From Phoronis australis (taxonomy: Eukaryota > Animalia > Phoronida): 64,000 nucleotides of DNA. The notes below the pieces were generated by a model that had not been told where the DNA came from, searched no databases, and saw only the letters and a program-made list of their open reading frames with translations. The stretch lies in the NCBI GenBank assembly GCA_002633005.1, contig NMRA01000090.1, positions 916,736 to 980,735 of the forward strand. Reading direction: 5' to 3'. This document shows, one piece after another, positions 1 through 12,300 of this stretch; position 1 is the first letter of the stretch; each line of letters begins with the position of its first letter. A program made the translations under genes and the position numbers.

Positions 1-234
1 AAATTATGAATTAAATTTAATGTTATCTCTAACATGTATTGTGTCTGTCATACGTGACAAAAGCAATATTGTTCTGTCTTATACACGTGAAAAGCACCAA
101 AAAAGATATGACAATCGATACTTCCTTGTGACGTTTTGAAAATTTTGAGACGTGACAAATTGTGAATTGCCATTAAACATGAATCCATTCTCTGCCATCT
201 CAGTATCCGTGTTCGTTCTCCATCTATATCGTAG

Positions 235-395
235 GACCCTAACCAACTGATCCGTGGCAGCGCCCTCAGGGTACTCTCCAGCATTCGTGTCCCTGTCATA
301 GTCCCCATTATGATGTTGGCCATTAAAGAGTCGACGACTGACATGTCACCGTACGTACGCAAGACCGCAGCCCACGCCATTCCTAAGTTATTCAG
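235..395 (+). CDS. AP3B2: AP-3 beta exon (DPNQLIRG...HAIPKLFS)
   Basis: gtag|GACCCT ... TTCAG|gtgag; adaptin trunk peptide. Confidence 0.95.
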
Positions 396-3300
396 GTGAG
401 TCGAGCCATCGGTTAATTTAATTCTTCACGTAGTAATTTAATTTTAAGTATCTCTGAATAAGTAACTTATTGGGCTTGGTATTTTTTTGGATATGGTGTT
501 ATCCCTTTCAAAATATGTTTTTTGATAAACATTATGATGTTGTGGTGATACAAATTCATTTATTCAGTTTAAATCTACCTGCGGTCTATGTGATACAGTG
601 TCCTCCAAAACCTGTTTTGATTTGTCTGAATAATTACCATGGCTAGTTTAGCTTGTTTGTAATGAGTTTGAAGTATTGAGAAATCAGTTGTTTCCTCTTA
701 GCAAATTGTGAAATTCGTTTTTTTTTTGTACTAGATCAATGCATTTATTCCAAGATCTCACACGCAAAGTCCCCACAGTATGGATGCGGACTTTCAAACA
801 CATACATATTAAATTTTTGTAATTCCTGTCGAGTTTCAATTTTCTGTTGGGGAGAACACTGTGATACGTATATATGTCTGAGTGGATAAGTTATTTTTTA
901 ATTTTTCTTGAAGATGCAACAAACCAGCATTTTGTTGAAAAAACTAAGTTTTGATACGACCCCTTACTGCTGTAAACATAGTCTCAACTTGTTAATTTCT
1001 AATTCGGATGAAAAGTGATTGGTCTCACAGTTTATTGCTCCTTTTCTGCGACACTATATCAGGTGAAAGCATGCCAAGTCAACTTGTAAGGCGTGGTCAC
1101 AAGTAACACCGAACTGATGGTTCTTTACAAGTACAGAGAAATAGCGCCATTTTGACTCGAGGCCAATTTTATATGGGTAAGCAGTCTTAGGCAAAAATTG
1201 GCGTAAAACAGGTTTATATCCACTTTAAATGAAATTTAACAATCATTCAAATTTTCTTTAATAGTTTGGACCCAGAGCAGAAGGAGTTGTTGCTTGAAGT
1301 AATTGAGAAACTGTTAGCTGATAAAACCACGGTGAGTATTCCTTGCATACATCCTGGTACTTGCTGCAGATGTCAACAGTACCATGACTTAATGTTCAAA
1401 CTGTTACTGCTACCTGGTGGCTGATTACATCCATCAGGTTTTCACACCTGCAAAATGCAAATAGATTTTAAAGTTTGAAATTGAAAATTGGGACCCTTTG
1501 TTTGTATTGGTTGTATGGAAAAATTGGGTGAACGTCAGATGTATCAAGACAGTCTTATCTCGTCAAAGTTGTGATGCAAACTCTCACTTCGAGATTAATA
1601 TTGAATTGGAATTTATTGAAATTTACATCAATTCGAACTTTTGTGTTCATCATGCGATGTTGCTATTTTGCCGATGTTTCTAAGTGAAGTAGCAAGGGAC
1701 TAGTTTATCGTCATCATGTCTGAGCTCATTCCTGTGAATTTGGCCCAGAACAATGCTTTCTAGCATTTTCTTCGTTTATTTCCATTTATTCCAAATCGTT
1801 TTTCATAATGAGCAGTAAACCAATTAAAAGGCAGTCCCCCTTATCTTTGTGGTTTCATGATGTTTACATTGATCTCTTCTTTACAGCTTGTTGCCGGGAG
1901 CGCCATCCAAGCATTCGAAGAAGTGTGTCCCGAGCGTATCGACCTGATCCACAAACACTTCAGGAAGTTGTGTAACCTTCTAGTGGACGTGGAGGAGTGG
2001 GGTCAAGTTGTCATCATCATTATGTTGACGCGCTACGCTCGCACACAGTTTGTCAATCCCAACTCAGAGGTAACTTGCTTTTTTCGACACTGCTGATATT
2101 GTGAGAAATGTCACCGATTCGCAGCTTGTGAAAAGCATACTTAACCCTGTTTTGTGAATTTCTTCGAAGATCGACTTAGATGTAGTCATCCATTGCATGT
2201 TTGGTGTGACTCCTGGAGCCTCATTCTCAAGGAGTCTACAGGGGAAACTTGATTTTTTGTGTCTTAGCTGTGGTGTTAAATCTGTTGTGACACAGGCTAT
2301 GAGTTTCTGTCTTTTGTCTTCAAGCTGTAGACAAATTTTCTGACTTGGCTTTAGCTTGATCTCTTGTAACAGACTTAGCCAAAAGACAGTAGACTCTTGG
2401 AGAAACAGCCCTCCGCCTTAAGGGTAAAAGTATTATTCAGCTGAATTTCTTCCTCCAGTTAATCGTTGAGTAGTTTTTTAACCAAAACTGCGAGTAACTC
2501 AACCAAAGTGTTTAGAAATGCTTCTTACGCTGACTCTGTAAAAGAAGTTGGCGAAATTTTACACACTTTAAACTTTTGAGGTGGACCAGGTATTTCAGAT
2601 CGGAGCTTCGTTTAAAATTACAGATTTTGTCTCAGTGATCTAGGGGCAGCTGTTATTCAAAGTCCAAAACAAAATTAGTCTTTTTATAATTTAGAGATTC
2701 TGGTTTCAAATTGAATGAAATCTTTTTTACCAAGCTTAAAATCATGTTTTTCTATTATGTGAAGTAGCACAGTTCAAAGTGATAAATAACATAAAATGGT
2801 TTTGGAATTGACTTAATTTGGTCTGTTGAATCGTTATGGAGACCAGTTGTTCTGCACACCATGCTTATTGTACAGTTTCTCCAAATCTGAAAAAAAGAGC
2901 ACCACCTTCGTAAAGATTGAACAGCTACTTGAGCATGTCTGCTGCAAAATGATCGCCAATCAGTGGCCAGAGTAGTCAAATTTGAAGGATTACATTTTTG
3001 AAAATTAATGATTAAAACCACTGCATTACTGAATTCTTTGCAAAAGAACTCGGATTCCGTGAATTCCGTTCGTTTTCCATTATCGCAGAAAACCAGGGTC
3101 TCTAAATGTGAATTGTGAAGTGGCCAATCTATGGCTGTTAGCTATGTTTTGTCGACCGTTATTCACAAAGCAGTGGCAAGCATTCACGCTGAAGAAAACG
3201 ACATTTCATAATCCTACCTATAACAGGAGTCGGGTGAAGAAGAACAGAGGGCGTTCTACTCCGACTCCAATGAGGAGGAAAACGAGGACTCGGACCACAA

Positions 3301-6300
3301 CCACTCGACAGGTGAGATAACTAAGAAGAAGCCGTACATCATGGACCCTGACCACAGGCTGCTGCTGAGAACGTGTAAACCCCTTCTAAACAGCAGGAAC
3401 ACTTCGGTGAGTAGTGTTGTGTTTATTAGTTGAATGTGTTTACTGGTTGAAAATTGGTTGTAACATACTCGGTTTGTTTTCTTGTAAGCCTTTTTGCTCA
3501 GAATGTTGTGTTAACTCCTGTTAAACAGCACTAAGATGTGGTGGCTTGCTTGACATTGCTTTTTGATCAACTTATTCTTTTTACCACCAGGTGGTGCTAG
3601 CAGTGGCCCAATTGTATCACCACTGTGCCCCCAAGACTGAGGTGAACCTAGTTGGACGGGCTCTAGTCAGACTGTTGCGAAGTCACAAGTGAGTCTTTGT
3701 TTTAACTTTGAGATCTCTGTTCTGAGATGGGGGTAACTTGAAGGTGAAGGTCATCAGGAAGTGCTCTGCACTATACTCAATAGTGAGCATATCATTGTGT
3801 TGGCTCAAGGGAAGTGAATGGAGAAATTAGATGTGGGCCTTTTGTTGGGCTGCTAATGTCAATTATCAGCTCTTTTTCTAAACGATTCGTAACACCAAAA
3901 CATTCGAACTTGGGTTATATTTTGTTGTAAGTACGTTTACTTGTTCTTTCTAACACACGGAGTGTGCAAAAACCTCTTATTGAAACTATTCAGTGTGTAT
4001 TATGTGAATTATGTGACCTCGTAATAGGTACACATTGCTGCGATGTCCAGTTTCTGCGGTGTTTGCTTTAACCATTACTTATCTGTTGTTTGAAGACTCG
4101 CATCCAAGTCAACATTGACTGTCTTTTGGCCTTATTGACACAATTTGTTCATTTTGATTGGGTATTACTTACCGTACTTACCATATTCCAGGGAAGTGCA
4201 ATACATCGTACTGAGTAACATAGCTACCATGACAATCACCAGGAAGGGAATGTTTGAGCCTTACCTCAAGAGCTTCTTTGTTCGCTCTCATGATCCGACT
4301 CACGTTAAGTTGTTAAAGGTAGGATCTGCGGCTAAGTGGAATCTGTAAATGTTTTCTTTAAGCCTTTGTTTGCAAGTTTGCCGAGCACAGCCGAGAAATT
4401 GACTCGAGAATTTCGAATGTTGGTTCTTTGAGACTGAGAGCTAGTAGCTCGCTGAAACTTTTGCAGTACCGTTTTTGGGTTGCTCACAAGAAACGAGGAC
4501 TACACCAAGCGTTGCATTTTGAAAACGGTGCGGAGATATTCGGTTAGTCAACATTAGGCAGCACCAGCCAACCGAGGGAAGTGAAATTGATGGTGACTGA
4601 TGATGCCTAGTGTTTAGACTGATACAAAATGTAGCAGGCCTAGTGCTTAGACTGATACAGAATATAGCAGGCCTAGTGTTTAGACTGATACAAAATGTAG
4701 CAGGCCTAGTGTTTATACTGATTCAGAATATAGCAGGCCTAGTGTTTAGACTGATACAGAATGTAGCAGGCGTTGTGTTTAAACTGGTACAAAATGTAGC
4801 AGGTCTTGTGTTTAGACTGATACAAAATGTAGCAGGCGTTGTGTTTAGACTAATACAAAATGTAGCAGACCTTGTGTTTAGACTGATACAAAATGTAGCA
4901 GGTCTTGTGTTTAGACTGATACAAAATGTAGCAGGCGTTGTGTTTAGACTAATACAAAATGTAGCAGACCTTGTGTTTAGACTGATACAAAATGTAGCAG
5001 GCCTTGTGTTTAGACTGATACAAAATGTAGCAGACCTTGTGTTTAGACTAATACAAAATGTAGCAGACCTTGTGTTTAGACTGATACAAAATGTAGCAGG
5101 CCTTGTGTTTAGACTGATACAAAATGTAGCAGACCTTGTGTTTAGACTGATACAAAATGTAGCAGGCCTTGTGTTTAGACTAATACAAAATGTAGCAGAC
5201 CTTTTGTGTTTAGACTGATATAAAATGTAGCAGACCTTGTGTTTAGACTGATACAAAATGTAGCAGACCTTGTGTTTAGAGTAATACAAAATGTAGCAGG
5301 CCTAGTGATCACAACTCTTGCCCAGTTCATGATACTCTGATATTTACTGGTTTTCACCAAATTATTGTGAAATGGACTGTGAATAACTTGTCTTTTTAGT
5401 TGGAGATTCTCACCAACCTGGCCACTGAGACGAATGTGTCGACCATTTTGAGGGAATTCCAGGTAAACAAAGAGGGGAGTTGATTGTGGATTAATTGTCA
5501 GTTAAAAATAGCACCGTTGCAGACTGCTTGCACCTCTGGTCACATTTTCAAGTTGTATTAAGTGTTATAGTAAAGCTTGGGGGTTATTGTAGTTTAAATC
5601 AATGCTGAAAGCACAAGGTTAATGGAATTTGTTACCAGTGAGTGCCATTTAAAGTCAGAACGTTAAATCTTCTATGAATCCTGGTAGTCATGTAATTCCA
5701 GTTTGATATCACTAGAAAAAAAATCTTCATGCATCAAAAAGTCCTACGCTTTAAAAAGTTTTGGAATTTTAAAGGTATTTTTCAGAGCCTGTTTGGAGCT
5801 GATTTTTCCAAAGTTGGAATTATTTGTAAACTTGGTTGTCAAGGTGTGGAATTGTGTTATGAAAATTCTGTTTGAACTTTGTTAGTTTATGTTCATTGCC
5901 TGTTTACAGACTTATGTGACGAGTTCAGAGAAGGAATTTGCTGCCTCCACTATACAGGCAATTGGTCGGTGTGCCAGTAACATAGCTGAAGTGACCGATG
6001 CCTGCCTCAATGGACTGGTTAACTTGATGTCCAACAGGGACGGTGAGTGCACAAGGTGGTGGTGAAAATTGGAATTTTTATCTGGAAGTCGTACGGATAA
6101 TGTTGTTCTCCGTGGTAACGTGAGAGCGGGAATCTAGAATTGGCGTTTGGAGTAAAAAGGCGTACAGTAAACTTCAAGATGAAGTCTCTTAACGAAAACG
6201 TCGAAATATTGGAGCAAAAAGTTCCCATTGGTTTCTCCTCTGATTTACGGAAATTCTCTGCTGGTTCTCGTTTGCTTTCTCATTCGTTTTTTCCTGGGTT

Positions 6301-9300
6301 GGTCACTTGCCTTGGTAGTAAAATCAACAACACTATGCATGATATTTTACTCTGTCATTTATATTGCAAAGTCTGGCACTTGAGATGATTTATTGTGACA
6401 TAGTTCCAGGGTTGTGCTAGTATTTAAATAAAACTGCTGATTTGTTGGGCAGTGCTCATTTTGTAGGGAATCTGTAAGGCATCAGGAGGCAAGGGATGAG
6501 AGGATGTGACCTAGGGGCAGAGGTCAATCTGACAAAGTCATACGCAGTACAAATTACAAGTAATCACACAAACTGACCTGGAAATCCTTGTCATTAAGCC
6601 CAGTCCCAAGTGGATTGGCAATGACTAGAAATTTCAATCACAAGAAAGTTCGCGTGCCGACTACATTATTTAGGTTTTGTCGCTGTGATGAGATATTCCC
6701 ACTTATTTTCGCTGTAAACAAAAATAGCCTCCGCGTTGTGGAAACCTCTGTCTTGGCTACTTTCTCTGTATTTTGTATAACTGAGCCTTACAATATCATG
6801 TTTACCTACCTATGAGCCTGAATGATCACATCTCTCTGTTGATCTTCTGCAGAAAATGTTGTTGCCGAGAGTGTGGTCATCATTAAAAAGCTGCTACAGA
6901 TGCAGGTGAGTGGTTTTGTGTCTATGTCGTTACAATAGGTGTGGTAAATAACTGACACTGAGCTTAAGGTACTATGAACGCACCTTCTGTCAAGCGGTTA
7001 ACTGTTGATCTGTGTAATATTGGTCTTTGAGTGTTCTTTACTCTCAAGGATTTCTGGACTTAGCAATAACTCTGGCACTTTGTTTTAACTTGATTTAGAA
7101 TATCAGAGTCCAGTCTCAGTTTCATAACTTGATCCTGCAGTCAGTTCATGTGTTGACAATGTTCTTCATTAATAACAATCTACATTCCAAGCCTCTACAC
7201 CTCTTTTTATCTGAGCAGATTTCTATTCTGTATATTAATCAAAATAAAAACATGAAGAATTTTGGACAGAAGGCGGGTTCATAGCGTATTTGGTTGAACG
7301 AATGTGTGCATTAAATTTTGTCGTTGATTAGATCGCATTGCTGTACACTAGCTTCAAGGAAAAAATGTTGAAATTCATTCCCAACAAAATTTCGTAGAAC
7401 TTTGAAGCAAATTTAAAGGTCTCTGCCAATAATGAGGGGCTGTTTCTTGGATTGTCCGTTGTCTATGACTTTCGGCTAAAACCAGTCTGCGGATGGCTAA
7501 CCGTTTTTACGAAAACTGAGGCTGATAATAAAGGCTATTCGTAGTAAGATTTCTGATTTTTGGCTAATCCAAAGACAAAATGCGTATAGACTTCAAGACA
7601 CAGTCCTCAGGTATTAGTTCATCCCTGCTGCTGCAGTGGTGTGTTACTCAAATTTTTTTCTTGGAAATTCGACAATACCAAGCTTTCTAAGGGCGCCAAA
7701 TATTGCATGAGCTTCTTCCATTATTCTGTGTGTGACAGTATTAAGAAGGTGACAGTCTGTCCCGTCATTTTGTTAGCCCTATAACACAGTCTTAAATGCA
7801 GCTATGCAAATTTTTTTAGTGCCGAGTTTTTGGTCGAGCTAATGTGACGTTCGAAGAGTAAAATAACGCATTGTCTGGCTGTAAGAATGTAGCTTTGCGA
7901 GCACAATACTAAAACGAGAATTTATTGACCCTGAGCTTATTGTGTGTTGGATGAATGTTTAGCAATGTCCTAGCCTCCTCGTAAATGTCTGGGCGCCCCC
8001 TGTTGTTGTCGCCGCACATGTTGGTTTTCACGGGCTCCTTCTTGTGCTTGTACATTTGACACGTCTCTGACACGCTGGCTGTTTTTTCATGTTTCGCCTG
8101 TAGCCACGGGGTAGCAAGAAGAAGATGGTATACCCTTAGTGTGTCATTGTTTGTGTGCATGTCTTATCATTTTGTCTTAGAGTATTATTTGCAGAGCAAA
8201 ATTCCATAATGGTTTCAAAAAATGTGTGTTGTTTGCCCCTTGGTCTTTACTATGAAGCCTGAATTAAGATTAAGTTTATTTCATTCGTCTCCGGTGACTG
8301 ACCCTGTGTTTGCTCGGCAACTAGTACTAAAATGTAGTTTGCGATTTGACGAAGAATGCTTCATAGTATAAAGTGAGCACATAGCCATAGAAAATTTATA
8401 AGAAGAGCAATTATCTCTTAATGCAAACAGCTGTGGATAACACCCGCACGCAATGGTGTTCTGTTTAGACCCCTTATTTCGAATCTCGCGTGATGGAAAA
8501 GGCAACTTCACCTATTGTTTTACTGGCCTATGTTTGGGTGATTACACTCACATTTTCATATTTTGCTAGGACTATCTGGCTAGCCCAATAGACCTAAAAT
8601 AACAAAATTACGTTTAAGTTAGGCTCAACAAAAATGCCATTTTATTATGACAGAAGTTCAACTGAACTGCCAAGTTGTTCTGGCATGAAGTTCCTCCAAG
8701 TTCAGCATAGTCTGACAATGTTCTGTCACAATCTATCTTAAACTAGTTGATATTGAAAATGATGTATATTATTTTGCAAATTATAATGTTTTTGCTCTGT
8801 CTTCTTTTTGGGAATTTTGCTCTGGCTTAGTTTAATGTGATGGATTTAGTTGTGTATTCCGTATCTAATCGCGCGATCATAGCTTTGTGTCTCTTGTTCT
8901 TATTTTTATCCTTCTCCGTTACTCAATGTCCAAGGTAAATTACTGCCATGTTTAATTTATTAATGTTTAGCCTCTAGAAACTTGGAACTATCGTTAAAAT
9001 GGCATTCAGTCTGTTGAAAGCTTAATTGTCCAATGTAAACTTCTCTTAGTTTAAATGCTTTCACTCACCTTGGCTAGACGTCATTGATTCCCTGTATGTG
9101 TTCCTATTCAATGTGCCTTTTTTGATTTCATTGGCTGCCTAGCCTATTGATTATTTGTAAATGACTACCTACTGTTATTTTCAAAAAAAAATTGACAAAA
9201 TTTCCTCTCGTGGAGAATCAATGAAATTCCAAAGCAAAATGTTGTGGTTGATTTTCAGATTATTTAATAGTATTTTGATATTTTCCATCCACACTCCTGG

Positions 9301-12300
9301 AGTTAATACCATAACTTCAACGAGGCCAGGTGAAATTCATTTCACTCCTCAACTTTTTGAAATATGTAGTTGGTAGTGTTATTGCAGCTTCATCGTCAAT
9401 ATGTAGAAAAAATTAACTTTGTGGTTTCATATATTGAACACTACTAGTCTGCGCTTGATTATTTCCATACACTCTTGATCAGTTTGTACTAACCACCAGC
9501 GTCGCCCGTTGACAGCACTTCTAAGCTCTTCTAAGCTCTTCAATCATAATCAGGTTCTCGTGTTTCATTCGAAGAACTTTCACAACTCTCTCTAATACAC
9601 TCAAAATTGTGGATAGTTATTGATTTTCCCCTGAATCGAACCTAAAATGTCAGTGGGGTACAATGGAGGTTGGTGTCGCAAAAAAAATCAGTAATCATCT
9701 TGCGAGCTCTCCTCTCACATTTCCTCAAATTACCTTTTCATCAGCCTTCTTGTTGTCTGCTGAGTGAAAAGTTTATCACTAATATTGAACATCTGGTTTA
9801 TGTGTTAGTAACTGCAGTGCATTCATTAGTAATGTTAAATAACATGTAATTGAAAATGTTATAAGTGCTTCAGGTAGTCATTAGATGATCATTAAGATAT
9901 GACTGTTCAGCTGGTTTAGACTGTCTATAACCTCTGTCCCTTTCTTTCTCCACACGTCCAGTCGAGTGACCACAAGGACATCATCATTCACATGGCCCGC
10001 CTGGCTGACTCCATCACCGTCCCGATGGCACGGGCCAGTATACTCTGGCTGATTGGCGAGTACTCAGACCGCGTGCCCAAGATCGCTCCGGATGTACTGA
10101 GAAAGATGGCTAAAAACTTCACCTCTGAGGTATGTGCCCACTCTTGGGACTTGGGGAAGGTTTGGAGGTGGTAGTTTGTGTGTGGTGTTTGTGACTAGAG
10201 GGAGATTTGGAGACAATCACTTTGCAAAAGATCTGTGACTCACTGAATTCATCAACCCTGAATAATCCTCACTGACAAGATGAATCAAGTTAAAAGAGTG
10301 CAGTCTTGTTCTAGCTTTGACAGTGTTATTACAAGGTTGGGCACTATTATTCAAATTTAGACAATATTGTTCAAGCTTGGACAGTATTATTCAAACTTGG
10401 ATAATATTTTTCAGGCTGGGGCAGTATTGTACAAGATTTTTGAGCCTAACTATAATTGAAGATTTCTCATTACATTCAAATAACTTAGCCAGCATTGGAG
10501 CAGACGTCTTGGTTTAACAGCACTTGAGTGTGCATCACAAGTTGCATTGTCACATGCATACAGGCCATCAGATGGGTTAATTTTTATCACCATTCGGTAA
10601 GAAAACAAATTTCATCTGGAGAGGGATTAAGTAATAAAATATAGTCAACTGGAGTAATGTTTATTGACCAGCAATCATAATGAATCTTGCACAGCTGCAC
10701 TTGGACAACAATCGCCAATATATACTTCTGCTATGATTATAAATAAGCCCAACCACGCTGTGCATTGGGATGAAACTCGGTTGGCAGGATGGGTTAAGTA
10801 TTCGCCCGTTATGCGACCTGGGCATTACTGACTGTACAGATAGTAAGATGTTCCATTATCTCCCCTGGATGACATGGCCTAACTATGTACCCTGCGTCTA
10901 CTTGTCACTTCATGCAACTTGTCAATCCACCTCACCATACTCTCGTTTGTTACAAAACCTCACCAATTTAGACACAATATGGTGAACTAGTGAAACTTTA
11001 TTTCACAGCTCTAGTAATCAGGTTCACATTATATCCAGGTTCTCATTCACTCCTTCGCGTACATTCACCAGAGTTGAGTGCAGTAGGAGACACCTTTGTG
11101 CAATGCTTGACTGTCTGTCAGTGAAACCAGGATTTGAACACTGGTCTTCCAAATGGGAGCTCAAACCACCGAGTCACACTCACAGAACGCTTTGTTGTAC
11201 ATTCTCGGGGCTTAACTCTAATTATTGCACATTGTATTTTTCATTATAAAAGTTTTCAAAAAAGCTTCACTCAGGTAATCATAGGTTAGGGATTTTATGG
11301 GTGTATACTGCTAGAGAGTAAGCATGCATTGTATACCTTGAATTACCACTGCAGTCTTAAGCAATTATGATATTTATTTACAAAATTATGTCCTATATCT
11401 ACCTCAGGAGGACATCGTCAAGCTTCAAATCCTCAACCTATCTGCCAAACTCTGCCTCACCAACTCCAAGCAAACCAAGCTACTGTGTCAGTATGTCTTC
11501 AACTTGGCCAAGTACGACCTCAACTACGACATCCGTGACAGGGCTCGATTTCTGCGAGCACTCATTCTTCCCGGTGACAAGGCAGGCGCTCTGGCCAAAC
11601 ACGCCAAGAAAATCTTCCTGTCCACGAAGCCAGCACCGGTGCTTGAGTCAAAGTTTAAAGGTGAGTATTCCAGCTGGGCTGGCCTTATTGTGCTTAGGGC
11701 CATTTTTGTTGCATGGTATTGAATGGTAAAGGGTCCTTTTGTATCGACTAGTTACGCCATCTATGTTGTACGGGGGAAGTAGCTACATTCCATGTGACTG
11801 ACTCCATCTGTACTCATGTAGGAAACCCATCACAGTCATGTTTTATTATTTAAAGATGCTATGTCTCATTAAAACCGTAAATATTGGAAATTTTTAGCAA
11901 GTGCCACCTAGTGACGTCCTGGAGAACTGTACAAGTATAATTAGGAACAGATGAAACCATATGTAAATAAATTGTGGTTTTAAAGATAACGACTACAACT
12001 GATGCACTTAAAAACAATTGTGAACATATAAAAACTTTAGTAATTCAAAATATTCCGCAATTGTTATTTGATAGTTAAATAAACAATTAAAAACTGTGCC
12101 TTGTTTTATTAGGGTAACAATGAAATATTACTCATTTGCATATTAAAAATAGTCCTGCAAAACGAGTCTTTCGCTAGATTGTAATCATTTAGGGTAACTG
12201 GTTCTTGGATGGTATCCGGCACAGTGGAAGACCCGGAGTTGTTTTTAAATGTGTATATTCACAATTTAATGAGACTATGCAAATTAAGTTGTTATTTTTC

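Noticed and set aside
4610-5360. ORFs of 202, 188 and 61 aa with 11-aa periodicity
   Set aside because: Translations of the 33-bp intronic minisatellite; open on both strands, no splice or start context.
8883-8934. Possible 52-nt exon or AG|GT recursive site (catag|...CAAG|gtaaat)
   Set aside because: Not frame-preserving, pyrimidine-rich body, AAG rather than YAG; insufficient support.
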